DNA of 34,370 nucleotides from Coriobacteriaceae bacterium (GCA_012515495.1 JAAYYH010000075.1:1-34370); one strand, 5' to 3'; shown: positions 9,932-18,922, numbered from the stretch's first letter. Translations and numbers: made by a program. Notes: a model not told the origin generated them from the letters alone.

Positions 9932-10801
9932 ATGGATACCGTTGACATATCACAGGGTAACAGGGAGATCTGGCAGACCGATCCGGTGACTGGTCCCTCG
10001 GTTCTCGCTGCTCCTGAATTTAATCTGAACAAGGATTCGCTCGAGTTGCCCACGGCTACCTTGACGTCACTGCGCGGAAAAGTCTCATCCCATCCAAGCA
10101 CAGCCGCGGTGATACTTGCTGGCGGCGATGGCGAGCGCTTTGGTCGAAATGGTGGGAAGCAACTGCTTGAGATCTTGGGAAAGCCGGTGTTGACCTGGAG
10201 CGCTGAGGCTTTCGATGCGGTAGCTGATGTCGGTCTGATCGTGCTCGTTTGCCCAGCGAACCGAATGGATGAATACTGTCGGGAAGCCATCGATCCCTAT
10301 CCGTTCGTCACCCCGGTTGTGCTCGCGCCTTCCGGTGAGCTGCGTCAGGAGTCCTCGTTCAACGGCATCAACCTGGTCCCTGAGAATTATGAGTTCATCG
10401 CCATCCACGATGGCGCTCGACCGCTGATAACCCCAGATCTGATCGACCATGCCATCGCGGCAGTCAAGGGTAACCTCGATGCTGACGGCGCGGTGGTTGG
10501 GTTCCCGGCCATCGATACCCTGAAAGTGGTCAGCGGCAACAACATCATCGGAACGCCGGATCGTTCGTCATTTTGGACTGCTCAGACGCCACAGGTCTTT
10601 CGCAGCAGCATCATCCGAGATGCACATACCACCGCTTTGTCAGAAGGTTTCGTGGGCACCGATGATTCTTCACTCGTCGAGCGCCTGGGTGGTAATGTAG
10701 TGTTGGTGCAAGGTCCGCGTGATAATATCAAGATCACTGTCCCGGAAGACCGCGGTCCAGCGGAAGCCGGTTTGCTACTCCGTTTAGAGCAACGGCTTTA
10801 A
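9932..10801 (+). CDS. ispD: 2-C-methyl-D-erythritol 4-phosphate cytidylyltransferase IspD, with unusual ~55-60 aa N-terminal extension
   Basis: Core motif AAVILAGGDGERFG...KQLL, then IHDGARPL and TPQVF. ATG 9932 is preceded by GAGGAG. The conserved core begins only about 57 residues downstream of that start. Confidence 0.85.
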   Translation: MDTVDISQGNREIWQTDPVTGPSVLAAPEFNLNKDSLELPTATLTSLRGKVSSHPSTAAVILAGGDGERFGRNGGKQLLEILGKPVLTWSAEAFDAVADVGLIVLVCPANRMDEYCREAIDPYPFVTPVVLAPSGELRQESSFNGINLVPENYEFIAIHDGARPLITPDLIDHAIAAVKGNLDADGAVVGFPAIDTLKVVSGNNIIGTPDRSSFWTAQTPQVFRSSIIRDAHTTALSEGFVGTDDSSLVERLGGNVVLVQGPRDNIKITVPEDRGPAEAGLLLRLEQRL

Positions 10802-10837
10802 ACAGCTTCAGTCGGTAACAGGAGAGGAAACGACCTC

Positions 10838-11326
10838 GTGCGCATTGGTTCAGGCATAGATGTTCACGCATTCGCTTCAGCTGAGGCTGGACGTCCTTTG
10901 TTGTTGGCCGGCGTGCGCATCAACCACCCTTGCGGGCTGGAAGGACATTCTGACACGGACGTACTCGCTCACGCAGTCATGGATGCCATTCTCGGTGCTT
11001 CGCGACTGGGCGACATCGGCAAGCTATTCCCAGATACCGATGAGCGATACAGGGATGCAGACTCATTGGAGCTGCTGGCGGAAGTCTATCGACTGGCCAA
11101 AGACAGCGGCGTTCGCCTCATGGATCTGGATTGCGTGATAATGGCTCAGGCTCCCCAGCTTTCTCAGTACCGCGAACAGATGCGTGAGAATCTGGCGCGC
11201 ACCCTTAAGATCACAGTGGAGCAAGTGGGGATCAAGTCCACAACTACAGAGCATCTGGGTTTTATCGGCCGACAGGAGGGTATATTGGCGCAGGCGGTTG
11301 TGCTGATGGAGGAGTGCAGGTGTTAG
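10838..11326 (+). CDS. ispF: 2-C-methyl-D-erythritol 2,4-cyclodiphosphate synthase
   Basis: MRIGSGIDVHAF...GHSDTDVLAHAVMDAILGA...GDIGKLFPD are IspF signatures. GTG start with AGGAGAGG upstream. Confidence 0.93.
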   Translation: MRIGSGIDVHAFASAEAGRPLLLAGVRINHPCGLEGHSDTDVLAHAVMDAILGASRLGDIGKLFPDTDERYRDADSLELLAEVYRLAKDSGVRLMDLDCVIMAQAPQLSQYREQMRENLARTLKITVEQVGIKSTTTEHLGFIGRQEGILAQAVVLMEECRC

Positions 11327-11400
11327 AGCCCGGCTGGTCCGGGCAACCCATGGCATGATCTTCCCTGTTCACACATTACAACCACGTTTGCGAGGTCATT

Positions 11401-12132
11401 ATGATATTCACCAGACTGCGAGAAGATATCAAGGCAGTAAAAGAGCGCGATCCTGCCGCAAATTCAACTATCGGTGTTCTGCTCTGTTATCCTGGTGTTC
11501 AAGCTGCGGCGGCGCATCGCTTCGAACACTGGCTGTGGCGTCATGGCCGACGTGGCTTAGCGCGTTTCTGCAGTCAGGTGACGCGTTTCTTCACGGGGAT
11601 CGAGATCCATCCGGGAGCAACAATCGGCCATCGCTTCTTCATCGACCACGGTATGGGTGTGATCATCGGCGAGACAGCCGTGGTTGGCGATGACGTGACG
11701 CTCTATCAGGGTGTAACACTGGGCGGAACCGGTAAGGAGCATGGAAAACGCCATCCGAATATCGAGGACGGTGTCGTGGTCGGCGTGGGTGCGGCGGTAC
11801 TGGGCAATATCACCATCGGCGCGCGTAGCAAGGTTGGCGGTGGAGCTGTAGTGGTCGATAACGTACCACCGGACTGCACGGTGGTGGGCATACCCGGGCG
11901 CATTGTGGTGCGGAATGGTGTCAGGACCTGTTCGGCTGACTCCTATCGCCGTGAGTTATTGCCAGACCCCATCGAAGCGCAGATCGAGTTGTTGCATCAC
12001 CGTATCTGCAAGCTGGAGGAGAAATCCTCGTTGCCGACACCAGCCTGGCAGGGTAAGGACACTGTGGTCTTCGACCTGGATGAGAATGATGATCTGCTAA
12101 GAGAGGATTCCCAGATACATGAGGTTGTATAA
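11401..12132 (+). CDS. cysE: Serine O-acetyltransferase
   Basis: SATase N-domain ([14 protein letters not shown]...[11 protein letters not shown]) and hexapeptide repeats ([30 protein letters not shown]). It has a ~70 aa C-terminal tail. Confidence 0.9.
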   Translation: MIFTRLREDIKAVKERDPAANSTIGVLLCYPGVQAAAAHRFEHWLWRHGRRGLARFCSQVTRFFTGIEIHPGATIGHRFFIDHGMGVIIGETAVVGDDVTLYQGVTLGGTGKEHGKRHPNIEDGVVVGVGAAVLGNITIGARSKVGGGAVVVDNVPPDCTVVGIPGRIVVRNGVRTCSADSYRRELLPDPIEAQIELLHHRICKLEEKSSLPTPAWQGKDTVVFDLDENDDLLREDSQIHEVV

Positions 12133-13639
12133 CACATTAACGCGCCAGAAAGAGGAGTTCGTACCCCGTGAGCCCGGCAAGGTGGCGATGTATATCTGCG
12201 GGCCTACAGTCTATAACCACATCCATATCGGCAACGCTAGGACCTTCCTTAGCTTTGACGTCATCCGGCGCTATCTGAGGTGGTCGGGCTATGAGGTCAC
12301 CTACGTGCAGAATGTCACCGATGTCGACGATAAGATCATCAACCGTGCCCGCGAGGAGAATCGCACGCCTGCTGAAGTCGCAGCGGAGTATACCGAGGCG
12401 TTCATCACTGCGATGCATGCTCTGGGTATCGAGGATCCAGACATCCGCCCCAAGGCCACTGCTGAGATCCCGGCGATGATCGAAATGATCGAATGTCTGA
12501 TCGAGAACGGACATGCCTATGCCGTTGAAGGCGATGTCTACTTCGCCGTGCGCTCCTTTGAGGAGTATGGCAAGCTCTCTGGGCGAGATATCGAACAGAT
12601 GCAGAGTGGTGCTCGGGTGGATATTGACCCGCGTAAGCGCGATCCACTGGATTTCGCCCTCTGGAAGGCAGCTAAACCAGGTGAGCCGAGCTGGGATTCA
12701 CCCTGGAGTCAAGGTCGACCGGGTTGGCACATCGAGTGTTCGGCGATGTCTGCAAAGTATCTCGGCAATCCCTTCGATATCCACGCCGGCGGCGATGACC
12801 TGGTGTTTCCGCACCATGAGAACGAGATCGCCCAATCTGAAGCCTGTAGTCATACGACATTCGCTAATTACTGGTTACATGGAGGCATGCTGACCATCGA
12901 CCGGGAGAAGATGTCCAAATCTGAGGGTAACTTCCTGTTGCTGAAAGATGTGCTATCGCACATACGCCCACAAGCCTTACGTCTGTTGATGCTGCAGACC
13001 CATTACCGCAGTCCCTTTGATTACTCTGCCGAGCGCTTACAGGAGGCGACTGCCGCACTGGAACGCGTCGAGGGTTCGCTGCGCAACCAGGAGTGGGCCA
13101 TCGCGAACGCTATAGTCACAGCTGACGAGCTACTATCCAACGATCAGCCCAACAAGGTCACTGATCAAAATGACATGGCACGGGCATTACTTGATCACAT
13201 CGAGAAGAAGCACAGGCAGTTCAAGTCCAGCATGGATGATGACTTCAACACCGCCGGTGCCGTCGCAGCTATCTTCGAGCTGGTGACTGCCGCGAATTCC
13301 AGTATCACCGAAACAGTGCAGAACTCTCTGCTTAAAGACGCGGCTGCGATAGCCAGACAGACGATTATCGAGTTGCTTGGTGTTCTGGGTGTAGCTCTTG
13401 AAGGCGATGAGGGGCATCGAGAGGAGCTTCCGACCGAGCTGGTGGATCTTGCTGCAGAAATGGCGGGATATGGCGGAGACAAGCCGGCAGAGGCGGTGGG
13501 AGAGCTCCTCGCGGCGCGTCAGAAGGCTCGAGAGAGGAAGGATTGGGCTTGTGCCGACGCTCTGCGTGATGGCCTTGCCGAGCTGGGTTTTGCCATTGAG
13601 GACACGGCTGCGGGAGCCCGTGTGGTGCGAAAGGGTTGA
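12119..13639 (+). CDS. cysS: Cysteine--tRNA ligase
   Basis: Class I motifs HIGNAR and KMSKS, the GWHIECS zinc site and a DALR-type C-domain. It overlaps the cysE end by 14 nt. Confidence 0.95.
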   Translation: MRLYNTLTRQKEEFVPREPGKVAMYICGPTVYNHIHIGNARTFLSFDVIRRYLRWSGYEVTYVQNVTDVDDKIINRAREENRTPAEVAAEYTEAFITAMHALGIEDPDIRPKATAEIPAMIEMIECLIENGHAYAVEGDVYFAVRSFEEYGKLSGRDIEQMQSGARVDIDPRKRDPLDFALWKAAKPGEPSWDSPWSQGRPGWHIECSAMSAKYLGNPFDIHAGGDDLVFPHHENEIAQSEACSHTTFANYWLHGGMLTIDREKMSKSEGNFLLLKDVLSHIRPQALRLLMLQTHYRSPFDYSAERLQEATAALERVEGSLRNQEWAIANAIVTADELLSNDQPNKVTDQNDMARALLDHIEKKHRQFKSSMDDDFNTAGAVAAIFELVTAANSSITETVQNSLLKDAAAIARQTIIELLGVLGVALEGDEGHREELPTELVDLAAEMAGYGGDKPAEAVGELLAARQKARERKDWACADALRDGLAELGFAIEDTAAGARVVRKG

Positions 13640-13642
13640 TGA

Positions 13643-14209
13643 GTGATGGCTGAATGGCGCGAGCAAACCCGATTGTTCGACGGAGAATCATATCATTACG
13701 AGTATTCGACGCTGTTCGACCTTATCCGCTTAGCAAAGGGTAAGGAGCAGGCCTTGATCGTGGCTCTGGACCACATCACCGATGTCGGCAATCTGGGGGC
13801 AGTGATCCGCAGCGCGGAAGTGGTGGGTGCTACCGGGTTGTTGCTGCCCACTAAGCGTTCAGCATCAGTGAACGAGGCCGTCTACAGGACTTCGGCGGGG
13901 GCGGTCGAGTATCTACCGGTAGCGCGTGAGGCCAATCTGGCTAACTCACTCAAGAGGCTCAAGGATGAGGGTTTTTGGATAGGAGCAGCTACCGAGCACG
14001 CGAAACAGGATATCTGGCAGGCACCTCTGGAGGGTCGTCTGGTGTTGGTAATGGGTTCTGAGGATGCCGGTATCTCGCGCCTGGTGCGCGAGACCTGCGA
14101 CTTCGAATTCAAATTGCCCCAACGTGGCTTCACGCAATCGCTCAATGTGGCTCAGGCCGCTACGGCTGTCATGTATGAATGGCTGCGAAGGACCATGGCA
14201 TTTCGATGA
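13643..14209 (+). CDS. rlmB: SpoU/TrmH-family RNA 2'-O-methyltransferase (RlmB/YacO-like by synteny), lacking the usual N-terminal substrate-binding domain
   Basis: SpoU motifs DHITDVGNLGAVIRSAE, LVMGSEDAGIS and LNVAQAATAVMYE. Its position between cysS and yacP matches Bacillus yacO. It is only 188 aa. The symbol is assigned by synteny only. Confidence 0.75.
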   Translation: MMAEWREQTRLFDGESYHYEYSTLFDLIRLAKGKEQALIVALDHITDVGNLGAVIRSAEVVGATGLLLPTKRSASVNEAVYRTSAGAVEYLPVAREANLANSLKRLKDEGFWIGAATEHAKQDIWQAPLEGRLVLVMGSEDAGISRLVRETCDFEFKLPQRGFTQSLNVAQAATAVMYEWLRRTMAFR

Positions 14210-14727
14210 GAGTTCTGATTGTCGACGGTTTCAATGTGCTGCGCAGCGGCGAGCGATATGCTCATCTTGTGGGTGATGAACATGCGCTGGATGCCCTCAA
14301 CACTGCGCGTGAGACACTGTTGACCGACGTCGCAACCTTTGCCCAGGGTACGTATCGGGCGACAGTGGTATTCGATGCCGCCAATAATCCGCTCTCTAAT
14401 GGCGAGGCGCAGGATTTTGCCGGTGTGGACGTGATCTTCTCACCAGCGGGGATCAGCGCTGATTCTGTCATCGAGGAGTTGGCGCGACAAGCGGTAAAGC
14501 GTGGCGAGGAAGTCCTGGTGGTGACTTCGGACGCTCAGACACAGTGGACGGTGCTGGGTGACAAGGTTACACGTATGAGCGCGGCAGGATTTAGTGCCGA
14601 GATAGGCGTTATCCAGGCGGGGATTGTTGAAAGCAACACTGAGTCGCAGATGAAGACGACTCTGGGTGAGCGACTGGATGACAGGACGCGCGAGGCGTTG
14701 CGGCGTTGGGTGCGAGGAAAACAGTAA
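14206..14727 (+). CDS. yacP: NYN-domain ribonuclease YacP/Rae1 family
   Basis: MRVLIVDGFNVLRSG...VVFDA...VVTSD is a PIN/NYN-like pattern. There is an ATGA start/stop overlap with the upstream methyltransferase. Synteny matches cysS-yacO-yacP. Confidence 0.85.
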   Translation: MRVLIVDGFNVLRSGERYAHLVGDEHALDALNTARETLLTDVATFAQGTYRATVVFDAANNPLSNGEAQDFAGVDVIFSPAGISADSVIEELARQAVKRGEEVLVVTSDAQTQWTVLGDKVTRMSAAGFSAEIGVIQAGIVESNTESQMKTTLGERLDDRTREALRRWVRGKQ

Positions 14728-16308
14728 TTGACAGACAATGATTACAGAGACGAGCAGGGCGGAGTCTTGCCGCAACCAATGAGCGAACAGACCCTCCAGC
14801 GTCTTGCCGAGAATCGAGAGCGTCGTGAAGAGCAACGCATCGCGCGCGCGGCCAAACGCAGGCGCCGCAAGATCATCGTGCTGCTTGCTGCCCTCGTCGT
14901 CTTGGCGGTGGCTGTTTATAGTGGCGGCGTGGCACACTTCTCTGGTCACTTCATGAACAAGACATCGTTGGGCAGCGTCGATATCTCCGGCAAGACGACT
15001 GCAGAGGTTCAGGCGTTACTGGATGATACGACTGCCTCCTATTCGCTCACAATCAGCGATTATGGATTTGAGACCAGCATCCAGGCAGCGGATATCAATT
15101 TCTCCTTAGATCAAAACTGCACAGCAGAGGCACTGATCGCTAAACGTAATCCCTTCATCTGGCCTTATGAGATGATGTTCGTCAGAGATTTGGCAGAGTA
15201 TCTACAGGTCACCTACGATGAACAGGCGCTGTTCGCTCTGCTGCAAGTTGCTGTCGATGAGCACAATCAGCATGCCGAACCTCCAAAGGAGGAAAGCATC
15301 GTCTTTGATCAGGAAACTAAAACGTTCGCGTATAGTGGACCTATCGCAGGGACACATCTGATATATGAGCAGGTCCTGATCAAGACACAAGATGCTCTTG
15401 CAAACCTGAGGTCTGTGTTGGAATTAGGCGATGATTGTGTTGTGCAGCCAGCTGCTGGAGGCAATGAAGCACAGCTGACAGCTGCGGCCAAGCAGGCGAA
15501 CAGGCTTTGCGATCAGTACCATATCACCTTCATGTTGGGAGATTCGGCTTCGCTGGTCGTAGATTCTGCGCAGGCGGCGCAATGGATCACCATCGATGAG
15601 GAGTATTCCGTCTCTCTCGATCAAGGCAAGATCGACTCCTGGATCGACTCAATCTGCGCCCTGCTCAACTCCAAAGGAGGCGAGCGCACCTATCTGCGAC
15701 CTGACGGCAAGGAGGTGACTGTCTCGGGGGGAAGCTACGGTTGGGCAGCCGATCGTGACGCTACTGCGAAGCTGATCAGGGATGCCATTGCTCAGAAGCC
15801 GAAGCAAAACGTATACATCCCCTGTGCTGTGGTAGGAAATGGTTTCCTCGGCCTACCCGGTGCGGATTGGGGAAAGCGTTATATCGACGTGGATATCAGT
15901 GAGCAGTATGCCCGATTCTACGATGACGACGGCAACCTCATCTGGGAGACGGATGTCATCACCGGAACCCGATGGACAGATTTTGAGACACCTTCGGGTG
16001 TCAATACGATCCAGTACAAGGCGAGTCCCAAGTCGCTGCGATCGACGGGTACCTATACCATCTACAACGACGATGGTACCGTCACCATTGAGGAGGACCA
16101 CGTATTCGGCCGCGACGTTGAGTATTGGATGCCCTTCATCAATGACTTCATCGGACTCCATGATGCCTGGTGGCAGGACTCATTCGGCGGTAGCCTCTAT
16201 GAGGATGCCAGTCATGGTAGTGGCGGTTGTATAAATCTACCTTCTGATAAGGCAGCCGAGCTTTACGACCTTGTTCGTGTCGGTGATGTGGTGGTTACTC
16301 ACTGGTAG
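14728..16308 (+). CDS. L,D-transpeptidase family protein (N-terminal TM anchor, Ldt-type N-domains, C-terminal YkuD catalytic domain)
   Basis: Basic stretch plus TM helix (KRRRRKIIVLLAALVVLAVAV). The C-terminus GLHDAWW...SHGSGGCINLPSDKAAELYDLV is the YkuD His/Cys catalytic region. The start is TTG 14728 or ATG 14779. Confidence 0.85.
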   Translation: MTDNDYRDEQGGVLPQPMSEQTLQRLAENRERREEQRIARAAKRRRRKIIVLLAALVVLAVAVYSGGVAHFSGHFMNKTSLGSVDISGKTTAEVQALLDDTTASYSLTISDYGFETSIQAADINFSLDQNCTAEALIAKRNPFIWPYEMMFVRDLAEYLQVTYDEQALFALLQVAVDEHNQHAEPPKEESIVFDQETKTFAYSGPIAGTHLIYEQVLIKTQDALANLRSVLELGDDCVVQPAAGGNEAQLTAAAKQANRLCDQYHITFMLGDSASLVVDSAQAAQWITIDEEYSVSLDQGKIDSWIDSICALLNSKGGERTYLRPDGKEVTVSGGSYGWAADRDATAKLIRDAIAQKPKQNVYIPCAVVGNGFLGLPGADWGKRYIDVDISEQYARFYDDDGNLIWETDVITGTRWTDFETPSGVNTIQYKASPKSLRSTGTYTIYNDDGTVTIEEDHVFGRDVEYWMPFINDFIGLHDAWWQDSFGGSLYEDASHGSGGCINLPSDKAAELYDLVRVGDVVVTHW

Positions 16309-16395
16309 TATCTGATGACAGTACCTCAAGAGAATCTACGACAGTATCAGAGCATGATCATCAAATTATAATGGCGGATACGCTCAGGCGATGCC

Positions 16396-16424
16396 TTGAC
16401 AGCGAGCAGTTGTTCGTATACCCT
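16396..16424 (+). promoter_or_regulatory. Putative promoter of the radical SAM/DUF4130 operon
   Basis: TTGACA (16396-16401), 17-nt spacer, TACCCT (16419-16424). The -10 fits the TANNNT type. Confidence 0.5.
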
Positions 16425-16427
16425 GAA

Positions 16428-16444
16428 TCGAACAAATGTTCTGA
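16428..16444 (+). promoter_or_regulatory. Putative LexA operator (SOS box)
   Basis: The sequence is TCGAAC-AAAT-GTTCTGA. The left half is a perfect actinobacterial TCGAAC. The core CGAAC-N4-GTTC matches the Gram-positive Cheo-box consensus CGAACRNRYGTTYC. It lies 3 nt downstream of the -10 hexamer. Confidence 0.6.
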
Positions 16445-16547
16445 TATCAGACCGAGATCGCGTCGTTGAGAACGATGCATCTGCGCGGCGAGCAAAACGC
16501 AAACGCAACGTTTAGCAGGCCGAATCCAGGCACCGGGAGCGTGAATC

Positions 16548-17864
16548 TTGGAACTTCTCGACAAACTGACCATTCTGGCGGATGCCGCGAAATACGATGT
16601 GGCCTGTACCTCAAGCGGAGTGAACCGCTCTGCAGTCAAGGGCAAGCTTGGCTCGACCGCCAGCGCCGGTATCTGCCATACCTTCTCAGCTGATGGTCGC
16701 TGCATCACACTGCTCAAGGTGCTGATGTCCAATGCTTGTAGCTATGATTGTACCTACTGCGTGAACCGCCGCAGCAATGACGTTCCGCGTGCAACATTCA
16801 CACCGCGTGAACTGGCGGAACTGACCATCGGTTTCTATCGCCGCAACTACATCGAGGGGCTGTTCCTCTCTTCCGGTGTGCTGCGCAATCCGGACTACAC
16901 CACCGAACAGATGTGTGAGGCTATCCGCCTGCTGCGTGGTGAATATGGCTTCAACGGATATATCCATGCCAAGGCGATTCCGGGCACCTCCAAGGAGCTT
17001 CTCACCCGTCTCGGTGTCTTGGTCGATCGCATGAGCCTGAACATCGAATTCCCCTCTGAGACCAGTCTGCGGCAACTGGCACCGGACAAAAGCGGTCAAA
17101 CCGTGTTGGAACCGATGCGCTTCGTGCGTGATGGGATCAAGGATAATATTCGGGATAAGACGACGAGCATCGTTAAGCGTACACGCTTTGTCCCAGCTGG
17201 TCAGAGTACGCAGATGATTGTGGGGGCCTCGCCGGAAAGCGACTATCAGATCCTCAATCTCAGTGCCAGTCTCTACAGCACACTGGAGCTCAAACGGGTG
17301 TTCTTCAGTGCGTATCTACCTGTGAACTCAGACCCATTGTTGCCTCAGGTCACAAAGGCACCCTTGTTGCGTGAGCATCGGCTCTATCAGGCCGACTGGC
17401 TGATGCGTTTCTATCACTTCGATGTCAATGAGATCATCGATGAACAAAATCCCTCCCTTGATCCGCTCATCGATCCTAAATGCAATTGGGCGCTCAATCA
17501 TATCGACCTCTTTCCTGCCGAGATCAACAAGGTGCCCTACGAGATGTTGCTGCGTATCCCCGGAATTGGCGTGAAGGGGGCCAGCCGTATCGCCAAAGCC
17601 AGGCGGGAACGGACATTGGCATTCGAGGATTTGAGTAGGCTGAATGTCTCCATTCGGCGAGCCAGACACTTCATCACCTGTAACGGCAGATTTGCAGATG
17701 GCCTGTTATTCGATCCGGCCTCAATCTATGACAGCCTTACCTGCGAGGTTCGCAATCGGCACTATAAAGGCGTGCTCGACGGCCAGCTGTCGCTTTTCGG
17801 TGAAAGCGGACTCACTCGCGAAGCATCCACGCAACCGCTGGAGTTGGCCTCATGGGCGAGTTGA
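16548..17864 (+). CDS. Putative DNA modification/repair radical SAM protein (TIGR03916-like)
   Basis: Family N-terminus LDKLTILADAAKYDVACTSSG. Radical SAM cluster motif CSYDCTYC at 16737-16760. C-terminal HhH (LLRIPGIGVKGASRIAKAR). TTG start. Confidence 0.88.
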   Translation: MELLDKLTILADAAKYDVACTSSGVNRSAVKGKLGSTASAGICHTFSADGRCITLLKVLMSNACSYDCTYCVNRRSNDVPRATFTPRELAELTIGFYRRNYIEGLFLSSGVLRNPDYTTEQMCEAIRLLRGEYGFNGYIHAKAIPGTSKELLTRLGVLVDRMSLNIEFPSETSLRQLAPDKSGQTVLEPMRFVRDGIKDNIRDKTTSIVKRTRFVPAGQSTQMIVGASPESDYQILNLSASLYSTLELKRVFFSAYLPVNSDPLLPQVTKAPLLREHRLYQADWLMRFYHFDVNEIIDEQNPSLDPLIDPKCNWALNHIDLFPAEINKVPYEMLLRIPGIGVKGASRIAKARRERTLAFEDLSRLNVSIRRARHFITCNGRFADGLLFDPASIYDSLTCEVRNRHYKGVLDGQLSLFGESGLTREASTQPLELASWAS

Positions 17865-18730
17865 CATCCGATCACCTTTTAAACGATGGCAGGCTGACCT
17901 GTCTCTACGATGGCTCATTCGAAGGCTTGCTCAGTGCTATCTTCTGGGTTTTCGAGCACAAGGAGAATCCGGTCGACATCGTTATCGAGGAGAATCTGCA
18001 GTCCGGTTTCGACCAAGTGATCACAACAATCGACACTGACATCAAAAAAGCGGAGAGGGTCAAGGCCGGTATCATCCGTTCTCTGGGTTATCAGGCATAT
18101 AAAGATGTTCGTTGTGTCTTCTTGTCTGACGATGAGCGTAAAGGCAGAGTGATGCTGCGCTTCCTGCAATATAGTCTGAAAAGGGGAGCGAGATCGCGTT
18201 CAGATCTCGCTGAGCCGATCATCGCTGACTTCGATGCCCTGCTGCGGGCGGTGAATCGCGAGATTCATTATCAACTGCAGTTCATTCGCTTCTCGGAGCT
18301 GCGAAACGGTATCTTCTTTGCCAAGATCCATCCCAAGGCCAACGTTGTTCCCTTGATCATGAGTCATTTTGCTGCACGGCTGAACATCCAACCTTTCATG
18401 ATCTTCGATGAGAAACACGCACTGGCTGGGATCTACGATTGTCAGCGTTGGTGGATGGTCGAGGCGGAAGCGGTCTCAGTACCTGATCAGTGCGCTCGAC
18501 AAGATGAATATCAGGCACTCTGGCAGACGTTCTATGACACCATCGCCATCGAGGAGCGCGCCAATCTCACGTGTCGGCGTAATTTCATGCCCAAGCGATT
18601 CTGGGGCGATCTTTGCGAGATGATCCCCCATGAGCTACGCAAGGGACAACCACAGACTGCGACGCCTACCGCCTGCGCGAGACTTGCTGGAGAACAGAGT
18701 AGAAAATCTCTGCAAAGTCCGTTAAACTAA
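17852..18730 (+). CDS. DUF4130 / TIGR03915-like probable DNA metabolism protein (no fused uracil-DNA glycosylase domain)
   Basis: N-terminus LYDGSFEGLLSAIFWVFE, plus FIRFSEL...FFAKIHPKANVVPLIMSHFAARL and WQTFYDTIAIEERAN, are typical of the family that partners the radical SAM protein. It overlaps the upstream gene by 13 nt, suggesting translational coupling. Confidence 0.82.
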   Translation: MGELTSDHLLNDGRLTCLYDGSFEGLLSAIFWVFEHKENPVDIVIEENLQSGFDQVITTIDTDIKKAERVKAGIIRSLGYQAYKDVRCVFLSDDERKGRVMLRFLQYSLKRGARSRSDLAEPIIADFDALLRAVNREIHYQLQFIRFSELRNGIFFAKIHPKANVVPLIMSHFAARLNIQPFMIFDEKHALAGIYDCQRWWMVEAEAVSVPDQCARQDEYQALWQTFYDTIAIEERANLTCRRNFMPKRFWGDLCEMIPHELRKGQPQTATPTACARLAGEQSRKSLQSPLN

Positions 18731-18810
18731 CACTTCGCAAAACGTTGAGACTCCACTGGTTGCGGAGATATCGCAAAGACTGAAAGTGCAAAGAGCCGAG
18801 GTTTAGAAAC

Positions 18811-18885
18811 GCTGATGTGGCGCAACGGTAGCGCATCTGATTTGTAATCAGACGGTTGCAGGTTCAAATCCTGTCATCAGCTCCA
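18811..18885 (+). tRNA. tRNA-Thr (anticodon TGT), encoded CCA
   Basis: Acceptor GCTGATG/CATCAGC. D arm GCGC/AACGGTA/GCGC. Anticodon arm TCTGA/TTTGTAA/TCAGA. T arm GCAGG/TTCAAAT/CCTGT. Discriminator T followed by CCA. Confidence 0.9.
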
Positions 18886-18895
18886 TGGATCAACC

Positions 18896-18922
18896 GACAC
18901 CCGCCAACAGCGGGTGTCTTTC
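18896..18922 (+). terminator. Rho-independent terminator after tRNA-Thr
   Basis: Stem GACACCCGC (18896-18904) pairs with GCGGGTGTC (18910-18918) around loop CAACA, followed by TTTCT. It lies between convergent transcription units. Confidence 0.6.

Noticed and set aside
9790-10290. 166-aa minus-strand ORF spanning the disA-ispD junction
   Set aside because: It is antisense to the well-supported ispD coding region. It is rich in Ser/Arg/Cys, as is typical of reverse-frame translation of GC-rich genes, and has no motif or RBS.
11327-11400. Possible T-box or other leader upstream of cysE-cysS, as in Firmicutes
   Set aside because: Only 74 nt are available. They contain just one short hairpin (GCCCGG/CCGGGC at 11328-11344), which is far too short for a T-box riboswitch.
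13187-13691. Minus-strand ORFs of 159, 95 and 108 aa at the cysS 3' end
   Set aside because: They are antisense to the CysS C-terminal domain. The composition is low-complexity Pro/Arg/Ser, and no start context is present.
14440-14949. 169-aa minus-strand ORF across the yacP / L,D-transpeptidase junction
   Set aside because: It is antisense to two supported genes, with no RBS or motif.
16180-16240. Apparent two-residue insertion in the L,D-transpeptidase catalytic motif (SHGSGGCINL instead of SHGCI[NR])
   Set aside because: The residue preceding the catalytic Cys varies in bona fide YkuD domains; as I recall, B. subtilis YkuD has SKGC. A functional claim from one motif read by eye would be over-interpretation.
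16361-16732. 123-aa minus-strand ORF that could have been a divergent regulator next to the SOS box
   Set aside because: It overlaps the 5' end of the radical SAM gene and the promoter region. It has no helix-turn-helix or other motif and no RBS. It is more simply explained as a chance ORF.
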